Source: an uncultured bacterium (GTDB lineage: Bacteria > Verrucomicrobiota > Verrucomicrobiia > Verrucomicrobiales > DEV007). From it: 64,000 nt of DNA. The stretch spans positions 96,001-160,000 of the forward strand of contig CAXBMO010000014.1 in the NCBI GenBank assembly GCA_963977015.1, read 5' to 3'. This document shows, piece after piece, positions 15,001 to 21,200 of the stretch (the stretch's first letter is position 1; each line of letters starts with the position of its first letter). Under the pieces are notes generated by a model. The model was not told where the DNA came from. It worked only from the letters and a program-made list of their open reading frames with translations, and did no database searches. The translations under genes and the position numbers were made by a program.

Positions 15001-17533
15001 CGCCTCCAGCGCAGTTCTAAACGCGGCGGTCAGTATTGGAACGGCAACGAACTCATTGGAGACTCAAGTTTCAGCCCTGGAAGGATCCGCCGGGACAGAT
15101 CTCTATCTCAACAATCTGGGTGCTTTGAATCTTACCGCCGGAGGACTCTCCGTGACTCGGAATTTGGAGATCAACAGCGATCAAGGGATTACGGATTCCG
15201 GAGCCATTACCGTGGGGGGCGACGCCCTGTTCACAACGAGTGCAAACGACTCCGATATCACGCTGGATCAATTGGCTGTCGACGGAAGTATTGGGTTGAA
15301 CGCCTCAGGCGCGGGAAGTGATGTCACCATCGTCAATGCTACTGGAATCAACTTTCAAACTGGTGGCGCTGGCGGATTTCTCAGTGCGACGGCAACCACT
15401 GGGGATGTTCTGGTCGGTTCGGGAATTGCCATCAGCACGGGAGGTGCCTTAACGCTGGTTGCTGAAGATAACTTTACGTTGGATCCGAATGCTTCGCTCA
15501 ATGCTGCTTCCGTCGACATCCGCATTGACAACGGCAATGTCGGAGATGCCGTGGATGTCGTTCCGTTGGCTTTGGTGAGCGGAACCATCACGACGTCTAC
15601 CACTCCATTTGCAACTCCCGCGGGTGCGGGAACTGCCGGAACGCGGGTTACGGGTGGCGCCCGGACTGACATCTTTAGCTTGGCGCATAGTAACTCGGTC
15701 ATCTCTGTTTACGGCGGTGATCCGAGTGCGACGCCCGGGGATTCCATCGCCATTCAAACTCCGGGTAGCGCCTTGACTTCTGGGCCGGGCGCTGATCAAG
15801 GTCGTTTCTCCGCCAGCGGTTTCGAGGACATTCATTTCACCCAAATTGAAGACTTGGCGCTGAGCGGGGACTTGGTTCTAACCGGAACGGCAGGTGATGA
15901 TGTCCTGGAAATTAGTCCTATTGATTCCAATCAAGGAGTGATTCGTTTAACGAGCAATGGCACGCCGGGACTGGTCATCTCTTATGCCGGCCTAACTTCG
16001 TTGACCTTTAACGGCGCGGCTGGGAACGATGAATTGCTGATCCAATATCCTGACGGTATTGTCTTTGCTCCTGCCGGTGGCGTGACCTTTAACGGTGGTG
16101 GTGAGACGGATACGTTGACGATCAACGGAGCCACCCTGACCACATCGCTCGATGTCACCATGGGAAGTGCAACAACGCTTGGCGTGACCGCTTTCGACGC
16201 GACCGTTGGCGGCCCGGTCACCACGAATATTTCGATCTATAACGTGAGCAATACGACCTTGAATGGAGGATCGGCGGCGGACACCTTTTCGATTATACCC
16301 GGACCAACGACGACGTTCAGTGTGAATGGCGGGGATCCGGATCTCCTTCCGGGCGATCGCCTTGATGTAGTGGCAACGAACGGGACGATGCACGGTGGCA
16401 GGGATGTTGGTTCCGGTGTCTGGACCTTCCCCGGGGGGCTTCAGCCGATCAATTTCACAGGGATCGAAAGCGACGGCGTAACGCCGGTCCTGTCCGGAGT
16501 GAATGGGGCTTTGAGTCGTTTGACTCACGGACAGGGGAAAGGACCGCTGGGGCTCTTCCCGACCATCGTGGTGACCCAGGCATCGTTCCTCACCGAGGCC
16601 ATCATCCAGTTCGCTGGGGGATACCAGCCTGGTGAGGACGCGCTTCGCTCGATCGCTTTGCCAGCCGGATTCACTCAGAAGTTCGATCCCGCGTCCGGTC
16701 GCTTGACCATCACTGCTGGGGAAGAAGGTGCTTCTGCCTTGGACATGGAGGTTGCCCTGCGTTCTGTGGTCTACGAGAACAAGAATTTGACGGACCCGAC
16801 CCCTGGGACGCGGTCCATTGTCGTTGTCGTCTATGACATCAGTGGGCGTAGTAATGTCCTGACGGTTACCGTGACCCAGGAACGCGATCCGAAGTTGGTT
16901 GCCCCTGGCAATCAGAACTCCGCCTCGGTAATTGGAAGTGGAACTTCGCAAGGTGGGCAGCAGGGAGATGGTGGCCTTTCTGAGTTGCTTGCCCTCCTGA
17001 ACAGCTTTGGTGATGACGGCGTTTTCGCCGGATTCCGGGTTGATCCGTTGGAAGAAGGGGCAAATTACGGCTTCTTGAATGGTCAAATCGTAGGTCCGGA
17101 TGGAACTGCGGTGGATCTTGGCAATTTGAGTAGCGGACAGAGTAGCGTCTTGGCTTCGCTTCCACCGCTTTCGACACTGACTCCATTCTTTGCGGGCAGT
17201 TCGGGAGTTGGCTCTCAGGTCATCGTGACAATTAGCGATGGAGCTGGCGGTTTCAGCCAGACGATGACGGTTCAGACCGATTCCGCAGGAAACTGGTCGG
17301 CCGCATTTTTGGGGCTCACTCTGGAAGACCGAACCTACTCAGTGACCGTCCAAGAGGTTGCCGCAGTCATCGACGTGTTTGACGTGGAGAGAACGTTTCT
17401 ACGAGTTGGTCATTTTCATGGAGGAATCCTGCCGAATGGGGCTGATGATGAGGACCTGAGCCTTGGCGATATCTTCGGCATGATCATCGATACGGTGAAT
17501 CCGGAAGAAGCGCTGGAAAAGCTCGCTGAATAA
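2..17533 (+). CDS. Giant beta-helical adhesin-like surface protein 1 (5'-truncated, >5840 aa) with PATR repeats, MAM, LamG-like, PA14-like and C-terminal Ig-like domains
   Basis: The frame is open from position 2 (TDVTSDTQLDATT...), so the TTG at 26 is probably not the real start. Many LTKxGxGTLxLxGxNTYxGxTxVxxGxL repeats; Gly/Thr/Asp/Asn-rich; stop TAA at 17531-17533. Confidence 0.93.
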   Translation, partial: TDVTSDTQLDATTIAANKLTISGENIIGSGDTLNQVRFQAFASDDGGGTQGMFFDELHIENLEASATASWTNNVELATGSSSSITLDDFTSVDTLGTLTTNGAATLSVNSTTGAGALEFSGNSTLGGDLTVVTNDLSSLTLNNVSGSAGIIKDGNGTLILPTTNSYTGQTTVDDGRIQVSADGALGTTAAGTSVNNGGQLVISDTNYATLEALSIEGTGPNSDGALLGAGTSTFAGAVTVAGDAQIQSDDDLTLTGGIDTAGNEVLFQGEGNTTIDSGIVTGLGSLRKDGDGVLTVNTANDYAGATNIDGGVLVARHDTALGAAAGGTFVADGAQLRLENDITIGAGEAITLNGRGTNNNGALLNQSGANTVQGSVVLATDSEIEANDTLNLEGTLTLTGNLIADVNSGDTINVTGMVTGSGDIEKQDVGILILANGTNDFTGALDVDNGRVQVTADGALGGAGATNVASGATLEFAGAVNYTAAETINIAGIGESGSGALRSSGGDTAIGSSVTIDLTGDATIRSVGGTLTIDPNLDLDFNLELDGTGDFLVQGVISGIAGASLEKGGSGTARLTGTNTYLGDTVVADGILVVSNNSALGSPGEGTVVRDGATLAFDDQGGADLTIAGENFTIIGDGFLGTGAIRNDQGDNTLTGTIDVKVDSELGSGSATIASDADTLTIEGDVTFTQLTFNGDGDTVVNGQLMNGLSSETLLSQDFENFGGGQTDPGDSQILIEGWVNDTTDDVDWVSDQAGTGSGGTGPNVDNTLGTNSGTYMYVEASGVGTGGKTARMTSPVIDLTGFTAAQLDFFYHMHGDTIGTLSVQASTDGGTNWSGDLFSLTGEQQQSQGDPYQQAVVDLTPYAGANNLQLRVTNVTGSSFTSDIAVDDFRVTASTGAPTIGEVLKNGTGTTTLSGDNSYSGATTVAAGTLVVANNNALGTLATGTTVAAGATIALDNQGGADLSIAEDFTIRGEGVLGTGAIRNDQGQNVITGDITVPEALTMPVTTGLELHLDASNVASVIAADGTLDDGDLISGWNDFLGGDNTVANDAVQTDAAQQPRWIANAINGLPAIRFDPDAGNSSTDDDDMQITGLNLGNNASFFFVLQEAAQEPASGSALRPFFSGSGDSHSGNDHYAFTLSRPDLSDQFRINAAAGVSTAYSGIVNQNGDFHTYSYVRDGVDGELFRDGASAVTQSGLTGNATDSVYFIGGQDGNGARHYQGDIAEIIAFNRTLSAVERQQVESFLNEKYFGAGAAGGATIGAAAGGQLTIQGGVEFSDLTLNGAGEIAVEGVMSSQVGAAGTLTKDGTGTATLSGANTYAGETTVSDGILVAANDAALGNTGAGTTVADGAVLALDDTIPGAALTIAENITLGADAANPGVLRNVAGDNDVAGGVFAESGALGDIRIESASDTLTISGDVSLNQAGITVTGAGDTQIDGQILAGVTVVNTYDTTVLADNPLVYWRLGDGDQSNGATVDNVGTLDAAGDGTYLDTAGSIIETVADPAISGGDGIAIEGDKKEGVGLAFSGDFPGTTATFEGWFRGDDDPHSGGQYEPALFSYEGSGPGGGGNEFIALFSGNNLNIFGNGAASSTSITKGTLFNGNWRHLAITFDSTASGSGSASVYLDGQFVETVTNANWDADLSSSGQFVVGWEQDGALSNGNQSFQGFVGDMAEVAIYGSVLGAATIQNHYDEGLVTPVDPANTLTKSGSGTLTLTNANTYEDGTTVSEGTLLANNTSGSATGTGGVTVETNGILAGTGSVAGTISANSGGEVNPALSAPNDVTGDLGSGGANLATGGTFTVQIESTTPDTGFDQLDVAAGGTVTINGAALDVSILGTPGFAVGDKFKIIDNDGGSPVTVTSPFTVGGSAVPNGRAFEVTDDSGAGSTTYVFSILYNVDGDAADPRGTTGNDVVLFNFGEPETEVSINGDGHLVITDINSDSNDAITIEDDGTNYIIRDANLALTTTISGAERVDGNTIKVAKADVTGGGLIVNTANAADTTGVSDTVIIGGSTNPVSFTGPVTFNAEFVRFDQDLDATGNTVTFNAEVTMGADAELTAQDVAFNQAVTLSDKVLTVNVSGTGTANAVTAAGGGLTKDGGGTLTITGQIDDTGTGFSGVVNGGELKVQNTTNSLGESSSTWTVNSGGILEAVGNGSVSGLGSADVTLNSGELEFVMPPNPFTDAPGQLQARYWDYDVRGSQGSGGVSNGGIAEFDTLAGLEGLIATMGTPNFDVLLQGDLDFPAGGGNNSTSGNPFSSIGSLGNNDTMVAVWSGYVHIDPADYDGSLTTFFSASDDGTVVYVDGNLVVQNNRFQGVTERFGTYDLTPGDHEIVIAFYEGTGGAGVTANWQGTATGGAKTLVNPAAFSGTGGNSYFFTRELLASLDPDFDLTNNVTVSGSSTIELGAQVTSVTLDDLTMEEGATLTVESADMNQPLEFANTTLNGAATTTATIDTNMMPVVTLNNLSGAVDLDVTGDGTVILPTDNSAGFSGEITAKTATTIEITVNGALGDTSQGTVIEDGASLRMTGGFNYSLAESLTISGAGSPKSDGALHSETGDNDFSGAITIGSGTTTIRTSANSLDLFGGIDTNGANEVRFESVGTTRVQTAGIQGDGSVRKEDNGTLEFFVDSSYTGTTLINNGVIDIRTAAGLGTTAGSTTVNGSGTLRLRGGITVAENLTLNNGDGEGSQGVLRNDADANILTGTVTLSGTPRIDVDGGTTLTIEGAIGGGGDFFKTDSGTLVLDNSSNVNTYTGTSTIAGGTVIIQKDSALGTAAGGTILNAGTSLEFNLAGDYTVAESLTLGEGATVINRGSDTDLATTSITLQGDATIESATAGTTFSTAANIDLGFGNLTVIGDGDTSLTGDISNTAFVNDGNGNFFASGLIERVYDIRSVDDPFGATQLGASLQSGPRAGYTTTNQGPWAIDTTDETIVYTGQFYDADGIFSFAESIDDDVAIYIAGTRVLRNTSASVATTTATTSGINNSNESGNANPDGGTFDFSSLPNDNGWYDIEIRFANGAGGEGAVSRDSWTTSFGFALANPATADELPGVDAGVLDGSDKSGVHSELTGNNPAWQTADDPGDGSLFRVSMEGRAGIVKQGTGTLRLEGDSTYQGLTDLQAGTIEVASATALGSADSGTDLSDGTTLAFDGTFTIADEPILVGNSTLHNLAGDTTIATTITVQERAGGTFTLSSDADTLTISSDLNLNRSDLDVTGDGDVTISGVLSDAGAATESEYASLLLNEGTDLKAYFRLNEATGTLEAFDSSSYRVNGTFQGGAESTLEEASAHANLGTALDFDGSNDYIELGQSPADLGLNGPFTVSAWVNVDSFKQDNTILGNSAGSSNQGLHLVIRNSRAHFGFFGNDTAGSQVLTENTWYHVVWRFDSSNGEQAIFIDGALDNSSTGHAAFAGTQPVDIGRWRNSNYFDGTMDDVAIVGRVMDDAEIAALFAAGPNNTTVSYDADVTKSGAGTLTLSGANTYAGQTTVSEGILKLDNATALGTSTDASDGTVVEDGGALDLNGVDVPNEIVTINGDGVVADPDTGALYNSAGSMGNNGVDNLVLGSDASIGSDGGRFGLNGGTVSGAFTLTKVGNNDVWVGSTVTVANIIVEDGVYGMQGNNADNLLAGGAITINANGTLGTWTTKTFDADIVMNGGRIDTGAPGGQNNTVTFNGDITLNGANNRFHIVNTADVIATGVISGGGDLVKSDSGDLTLTNDNTYAGTTAVNTGSLLVNGSHTGGDNYTVGSTATLGGNGTITLLDNSKSVTASGTVATGDPTTDSGIGTLTVNNDVNLNGDFDFQIDGATADLLDVDGGVNLDAGSTLTLSDINDPVDGSTILLIDNDDTDAVNGTFGTDSRSGTALTEGATVTDDEGDAYTISYAGGTDSNDVVLFVGAAETEVSFSGGVLTVTDINSDSGDDLTISYDALADEYVISDAALNLTTNGLTSAQVKRPDARTVRVDAGIVTSLVVQTANTSGDGSDDSADTIGINVASLPAYLTGDVTVTAETIQLDSGISAGGDVTLNGSTTLGAAAALTASNVNLNGTMSLGANNLTVNVTGVGGASTGGITGNGQLIKQGNGTFTLNGTGTNSNGYTGLTHVQGGTLAVGGSFATDGAIQGDVTIDAGATFDLTQSNVIANGSDFTINGTLDMSGLTEVLGNIQGSGSIINHTNNGSNGLTLDDLNGTHTFAGDISGGGSLNIRGNIDDSGTLELSGGTISLGNLRIGDGTVTIKDDATVTAFSQTVVGTNRTEIAGITAASVTARLNIESGSLTTGSIITGNRASGTVTAVIDQSGGTVRTTGSAEEGNGVRMSHWGNSDTTYTLSNGTLTIDNGFALSMATTGNGRFTQTGGTLNTTSVDVNSRTDANGNGTFEVLGGTANIGSGGIVSDSTSNPGTVNLGGQGGTLRATANWASSLDLNLLGTGVDVINLDTNGFDVGLSGGLNGVGGFDKLGGGTLTLSGTSDYQGDTDVVAGTLLINGEHLAGTVVADYRDDFSTTPATGWQYLWNSGGDVSDPANYTALEVENDHWETVANGSFPDPAPGSYLNLTGTSGHPGSTDVYAIAAFTVPTAGDYAITSSFLDPVTGAGDGNDVRIFVKSGAVTTEVFSTATDDAVIDFDTALGTLGAGDVIYVATGTDGLGAGNDPGNDSFNWDFSILSQATSTITVQSGATLGGTGSTNSAVNAAGTLSAGSPVSGIDSLETGNLDITGTLEVQLNGNTSADLIDVTGPVNLGGASILTVSGLAPANGATITIIENDGTDLVTGRFTSDGFTVLEESDIVTVGGDRYIISYVGGDGNDVVLFKGVPETQVHLDASGNLTISDIESDSADSLTITFDSSTNEYVISDANLNLSATGFDRADVSRPDAKTVRVAATAVTGNVFVNTAFGSDSQTDTVTIGGVDALTFSGAIEITAESILIAGTVVANGDVTLTGTSPTGTVTIADGAGIDAGIGNIGITAGADILLGGLSTTNTATIRSLNGSILDNGDTDVEIIASSAVLNAAVSIGTATNSLETQVSALEGSAGTDLYLNNLGALNLTAGGLSVTRNLEINSDQGITDSGAITVGGDALFTTSANDSDITLDQLAVDGSIGLNASGAGSDVTIVNATGINFQTGGAGGFLSATATTGDVLVGSGIAISTGGALTLVAEDNFTLDPNASLNAASVDIRIDNGNVGDAVDVVPLALVSGTITTSTTPFATPAGAGTAGTRVTGGARTDIFSLAHSNSVISVYGGDPSATPGDSIAIQTPGSALTSGPGADQGRFSASGFEDIHFTQIEDLALSGDLVLTGTAGDDVLEISPIDSNQGVIRLTSNGTPGLVISYAGLTSLTFNGAAGNDELLIQYPDGIVFAPAGGVTFNGGGETDTLTINGATLTTSLDVTMGSATTLGVTAFDATVGGPVTTNISIYNVSNTTLNGGSAADTFSIIPGPTTTFSVNGGDPDLLPGDRLDVVATNGTMHGGRDVGSGVWTFPGGLQPINFTGIESDGVTPVLSGVNGALSRLTHGQGKGPLGLFPTIVVTQASFLTEAIIQFAGGYQPGEDALRSIALPAGFTQKFDPASGRLTITAGEEGASALDMEVALRSVVYENKNLTDPTPGTRSIVVVVYDISGRSNVLTVTVTQERDPKLVAPGNQNSASVIGSGTSQGGQQGDGGLSELLALLNSFGDDGVFAGFRVDPLEEGANYGFLNGQIVGPDGTAVDLGNLSSGQSSVLASLPPLSTLTPFFAGSSGVGSQVIVTISDGAGGFSQTMTVQTDSAGNWSAAFLGLTLEDRTYSVTVQEVAAVIDVFDVERTFLRVGHFHGGILPNGADDEDLSLGDIFGMIIDTVNPEEALEKLAE
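2135..2685 (+). other. MAM-like domain in giant protein 1
   Basis: QDFE...WVNDTTDDVDW...TGSGGTGPNVDNTLG...GTYMYVEAS...ARMTSP...FFYHMHGDTIGTLSV...SDIAVDDF matches the MAM pattern. Confidence 0.85.
3011..3760 (+). other. LamG/concanavalin-A-like jelly-roll domain
   Basis: GLELHLDAS...ISGWND...NAINGLPAIRFD...YQGDIAEIIAFNRTLSAVERQQVESFLNEKY, a pattern common in PVC surface proteins. Confidence 0.75.
4358..5095 (+). other. LamG/pentraxin-like jelly-roll domain
   Basis: VLADNPLVYWRLGD...TFEGWF...WRHLAITFD...VYLDG...VVGWEQD...FVGDMAEVAIYGSVL. Confidence 0.8.
6560..7145 (+). other. PA14 domain
   Basis: GQLQARYW...WSGYVHI...TFFSASDDGTVVYVDGNLVVQN...LTPGDHEIVIAFYEGTGGAG; SDDG is the PA14 hallmark. 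Confidence 0.85.
8650..9285 (+). other. PA14-like domain (divergent)
   Basis: ETIVYTGQFY...FSFAESIDDDVAIYIAG...GWYDIEIRFANGAGGEG. Confidence 0.65.
9716..10370 (+). other. LamG-like jelly-roll domain
   Basis: LKAYFRLNE...ALDFDGSNDYI...FTVSAWV...WYHVVW...IFIDG...IGR...FDGTMDDVAI. Confidence 0.85.
13470..13997 (+). other. Aromatic-rich globular domain of unknown family, possibly carbohydrate-binding
   Basis: VADYRDDFS...GWQYLWN...HPG...YAIAAFTVP.AGDYAI...AGDVIYVATG...NDSFNWDFSI interrupts a PATR repeat. Confidence 0.5.
16475..17533 (+). repeat. Conserved C-terminal module (cadherin-like domain, linker, Ig-like domain, acidic tail), copy 1
   Basis: Clearly paralogous to 54735-55779, e.g. GQSSVLAxLPPLSTLTPFFAGSS and DDEDLxLGDIFGMIIDT...PEEAxxKLAE-stop. 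Confidence 0.9.
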
Positions 17534-17714
17534 TCGGCCAGTCAAAGATTAGGAGTACTTCGGTAAAATGGAGGGAAGCTGTAAAAATGGTGGCTAAAAC
17601 GTCACAGATTTGGTATTTCTGACAACCATTGTTGAAGAGTCGGTCTGTCTACTCAGCGCAAACTTTCAGGCGTTTTCATCATTAAATCCCCTTCAGAAGA
17701 TTCCCTCGTATCAT

Positions 17715-18160
17715 TGGCGCCCGACCATGTGACCTATTTCGTGTCGGCGGACGAAGCGGTGTGTACTAACTACGAAGTCCACAATTCGATTGACGACGAC
17801 GGTGTGTCGTTGGTGTCCGAAGCCCCTGAATACGAGAGGATTAGCACGCATAAGGAGGGCCGCTCGGATGCCGTCGTCTATTGCTCTTGGGCGAAAGAGT
17901 TTGATCCATCGAAGACGGTGACGAGGTGCGCTCGGAGTAGAGTTTGCCAATCGGTATCAAGCCATCTGAAGCGAAAAGTTCAGACGTTGGCCGACAAGAA
18001 GATCAGCTTTGAACGATTTTACGGAAGTTGCCAAAGCCGCCACGTTGGATCCGGGGACGATGACAGGAAGTCACGTTCTGCGCTTCCATTTGCTTTCTAC
18101 ATTTCATCATTCCTCCAAAAGCCACCAAAAGGCCGCCCCATGGGCCTTGGTGGCTTTTTC
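17715..18160 (+). ncRNA. Candidate large structured RNA (5' leader of giant gene 2 or stand-alone ncRNA); family not recognised
   Basis: Dense complementary stems read by eye: ccgac/gtcgg, ggac/gtcc, ttcgat/atcgaa, gacgac+ggtgtccga/tcggatgcc+gtcgtc, gctctt/aagagt, tctgaa/ttcaga, gctttg/caaagc, ggacg-tgac/gtca-cgttc; ends in a terminator. Confidence 0.5.
18117..18159 (+). terminator. Intrinsic (Rho-independent) terminator hairpin, possibly bidirectional
   Basis: aaaagccaccaa[aa]ggcc-gccccatg-ggccttggtggctttt: 16 paired positions with a 2-nt bulge, T5 tract at 18155-18159 and A4 on the 5' side. Confidence 0.8.
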
Positions 18161-18219
18161 ATCGGGAAATTGGATTCACTCCCCGGTTACGAATTACCAT
18201 TTTCTTTCAGTCCCAGTTT

Positions 18220-21200
18220 ATGACCCCCTCTATACTTAAGCGGCTTCAAGCCATCTTAAATCGCGACTCCGGCAGTCAGCGTCAGCTTCAAATGGAACAG
18301 TTGGAGCCTCGGATTCTTTATTCAGCAGCCCCAGTTGAGGCCGCGCCTGAAGCAGAGATGAGTTCCGAGCCTGCGCAAAATGCACCAGCTGCCGCGCCTG
18401 CGGATGAATCGTCCCACGCGGCAGATCCTGCTCCGGCACAAGGGGAAAATTCTGCAGCGTCAATCTTGGAGACCGAGGTCGTGGTCTTGCCAGAAACTAC
18501 CGAGGCTGCAGATTCGACCTACCCCGGAGGGGAGGCGAGTGGAGACGTAGCTGCTGGCAACGAGTTGGATCAGCAGATGTTGGAAAATATCGCGGCTGCC
18601 GCGGCAGATCGTTGGGCGGAGTCCGGTTTGAGCGCGGAGCAAAGCGCGGCGTTGAGCAACGTGGTTTACGAGATCGCCGACCTGAGCGGCAATCACCTGG
18701 GAGCAGCGGAAGGTAACGTTGTCACCATCGATATTGACGCTGCGGGACACGGCTGGTTTGTCGACGAAACGCCATTGCAGGACGAGGAGTTCGTGGCTGA
18801 CATCGGTACGCCAACCCGGCTGTTTTCAACGGATCCGAATGGGCGGATGGATTTGCTGACGGTATTACTGCACGAGCAGGGACACATTTTAGGATTGGAC
18901 CATGAGGAAACGAATGCATCGAGTGTGATGTACGACACGTTCTGGGCAGACGAACGTGTCTTGATCGATGAAGGACAGGCTGCGGGCGCGGTCGCGGGGA
19001 GTTTGGAAGGGATCCATTCCGCCACGACCGACACGGTGATCGCCGGTTACGATTTCGATGACGGGACTGACGATGACGGCACGGCAACCGTCACCGCTGG
19101 TGAGGCGGACAATGCCACCGCGGCGGTGACTGTGAAGAATGCAAATGTCACTGCGAGTGATTTTAGTGTTGGCGCGGGGCTCAAGTTTCTGATCAATCAG
19201 GATAACGGCAACAGCAATTTCAGTGACCTCGACGCGGAAGGGAATGAATTTGGAACCGAAAACGGTTTCGAGTTCGGTGGGGCTCAAAACGCTTTTGAGT
19301 TCACCGACATGGACAACAACAATAACCTCGGGTTGGCGATCACTAACGATGACTACATGGCCTTCACGGTGACCCCGGATGAACGGTATGAGATGGATCT
19401 GTCCAATTTTACCTTTTTGTCCAGAGTAAACAACACCAACAATTCGGCAGAACGTTGGGCTTTATTTTCTTCAATCGATGGGTTCGCCGAAGGTGATCAG
19501 ATCGGAGAGGGACGAAATAATGGAAATGACGGCCAGTACAATGCTTTTACGGTTGGTTTGTCCGATCCGAAATTCCAGAATCTCACCGAAGCAACAGAAT
19601 TTCGACTCTACATCTACGGAGGAAATCAAACTTCCAATTCCGCCACACTGTTCGACAAAGTCATCGTCAACGGCACGACCGTCCCGACGGTCGTCTACGT
19701 CGATGATAACTGGGCTGCTGGCGGGAGCGATCCTCAGAGCAATGGCCAGGCGATAACTGACGCGGACTTAGGGACTTCGTCAGATCAAGGTGCCGTGTAT
19801 GGCGATAACGGTTTTGCAACGGTCGAAGCCGCGCTTGCAGCGGTGGCGGATGGAGGAACGGTCATCATCAATCAAGGCACCTATGCTGAAAATCTGAACC
19901 TTTCCAAAGCGGTGACCTTTCAGGTGACTGGACCAAATGTGGAACAAACCGCGACGATCAGCGGAGAGATTTCAGGGGTGGAAGCGCTGACGAAGTCCGG
20001 TTCGGGGACTTTGGTGGTGAGTGGAGACAACACCTACTCTGGCGGGACAACGATTTCACAGGGAACATTGTCGACGACCACTAATTCCACGGCGCTCGGC
20101 ACCGGGACCGTGAACATGAATGGTGGAATCCTGCGGACGACGGTTAGTCTGGGCAACGAGATCAGCTTGAACGATGTGACCACAACCACTTCGAACACGA
20201 TTGAAGTGGATGGCAACTACCATGTTCTCAGTGGTAAGGTTACTGGAGCCGGAGGTTTGACCGTGGGGAAGGTCGGCGGCGGAAACGACGGCTTGGCGTT
20301 GTCCAATTCGGCGAACGACTTTCAGGGTGACTTAACTATTACGGGTAGCAGCGCTTTCCTTCGACTTGATACCGATGGCGTCATTCCTGATACTGCTAAC
20401 GTTCTTGTGGGTAATGGCGCGGCCCTCCGACTGGAAGGGGATGCCCGAACGGAGACCATCGCGGGTCTCAGCGGCGGTGGTCGGATTTTTGCAGTGAATT
20501 CTGGCGGTGGGGCCACGCTGATCGTCGGAGCTGGCGATGCCACGAGTGAATTTTCGGGTCAGATTGGTGGCGGCGGCGCCAACAACAAGAATATCAGTCT
20601 GGAGAAGATCGGGAACGGAACGTTCACGTTGGCGGGAACGACTTCGGACTACACCGGCACCACCACTATCACTAGCGGTATTTTGCGAGCGGATGCGGCG
20701 GATGTTGTCGCTACGTCAGGAGCTTTGGGCGTCGGTAATATTACGTTCTCTGGGGGCACGTTGCAGTACACCGTGAACAGCGCGGGCACCGATTACAGTG
20801 CTCGTATCGTCGACAGCTCCAGTGCGATTACGCTCGATACCAACGGTCAGGAGGTCACTTTGAGCAATGACTTTGCTAGCACCAACACTGGCGGCTTGAC
20901 CAAACTCGGAACGGGAACGCTGACAGTGGAGTTTCCAGATACGGGGAGCTACGATGGTCTCACCAGGGTCGATGGAGGAGAGTTGAAGGTACTGAATGAT
21001 GACGGGGCACTGCAAAGATGGCGGGCCGGTAATTTCGAAATCAACAATGGCTCCACTTTGGAAATTGGAGGAGACGACACCACTGTCTTTCAAGGATTAA
21101 CATGGACCTTCGATAGCAATGGAGGGGGTACGGTTAATTTGGTGGGAAATACCATTTTCCAGACTAACAACAATACGTTCGTAACCACAGGTGGATTGAA

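Noticed and set aside
17715-18110. Known riboswitch or ribozyme (c-di-GMP, c-di-AMP, cobalamin, RNase P, group II intron, hammerhead) or an ops/JUMPstart element
   Set aside because: Consensus cores not found by eye; only fragments such as gaagtcc or gcgaaa. An Rfam search is needed to be sure.
17714-18223. 169-aa TTG-start ORF and other small ORFs in the inter-giant region
   Set aside because: Atypical composition, no motif, and it runs through the terminator; RNA structure explains the region better. Not formally excluded.
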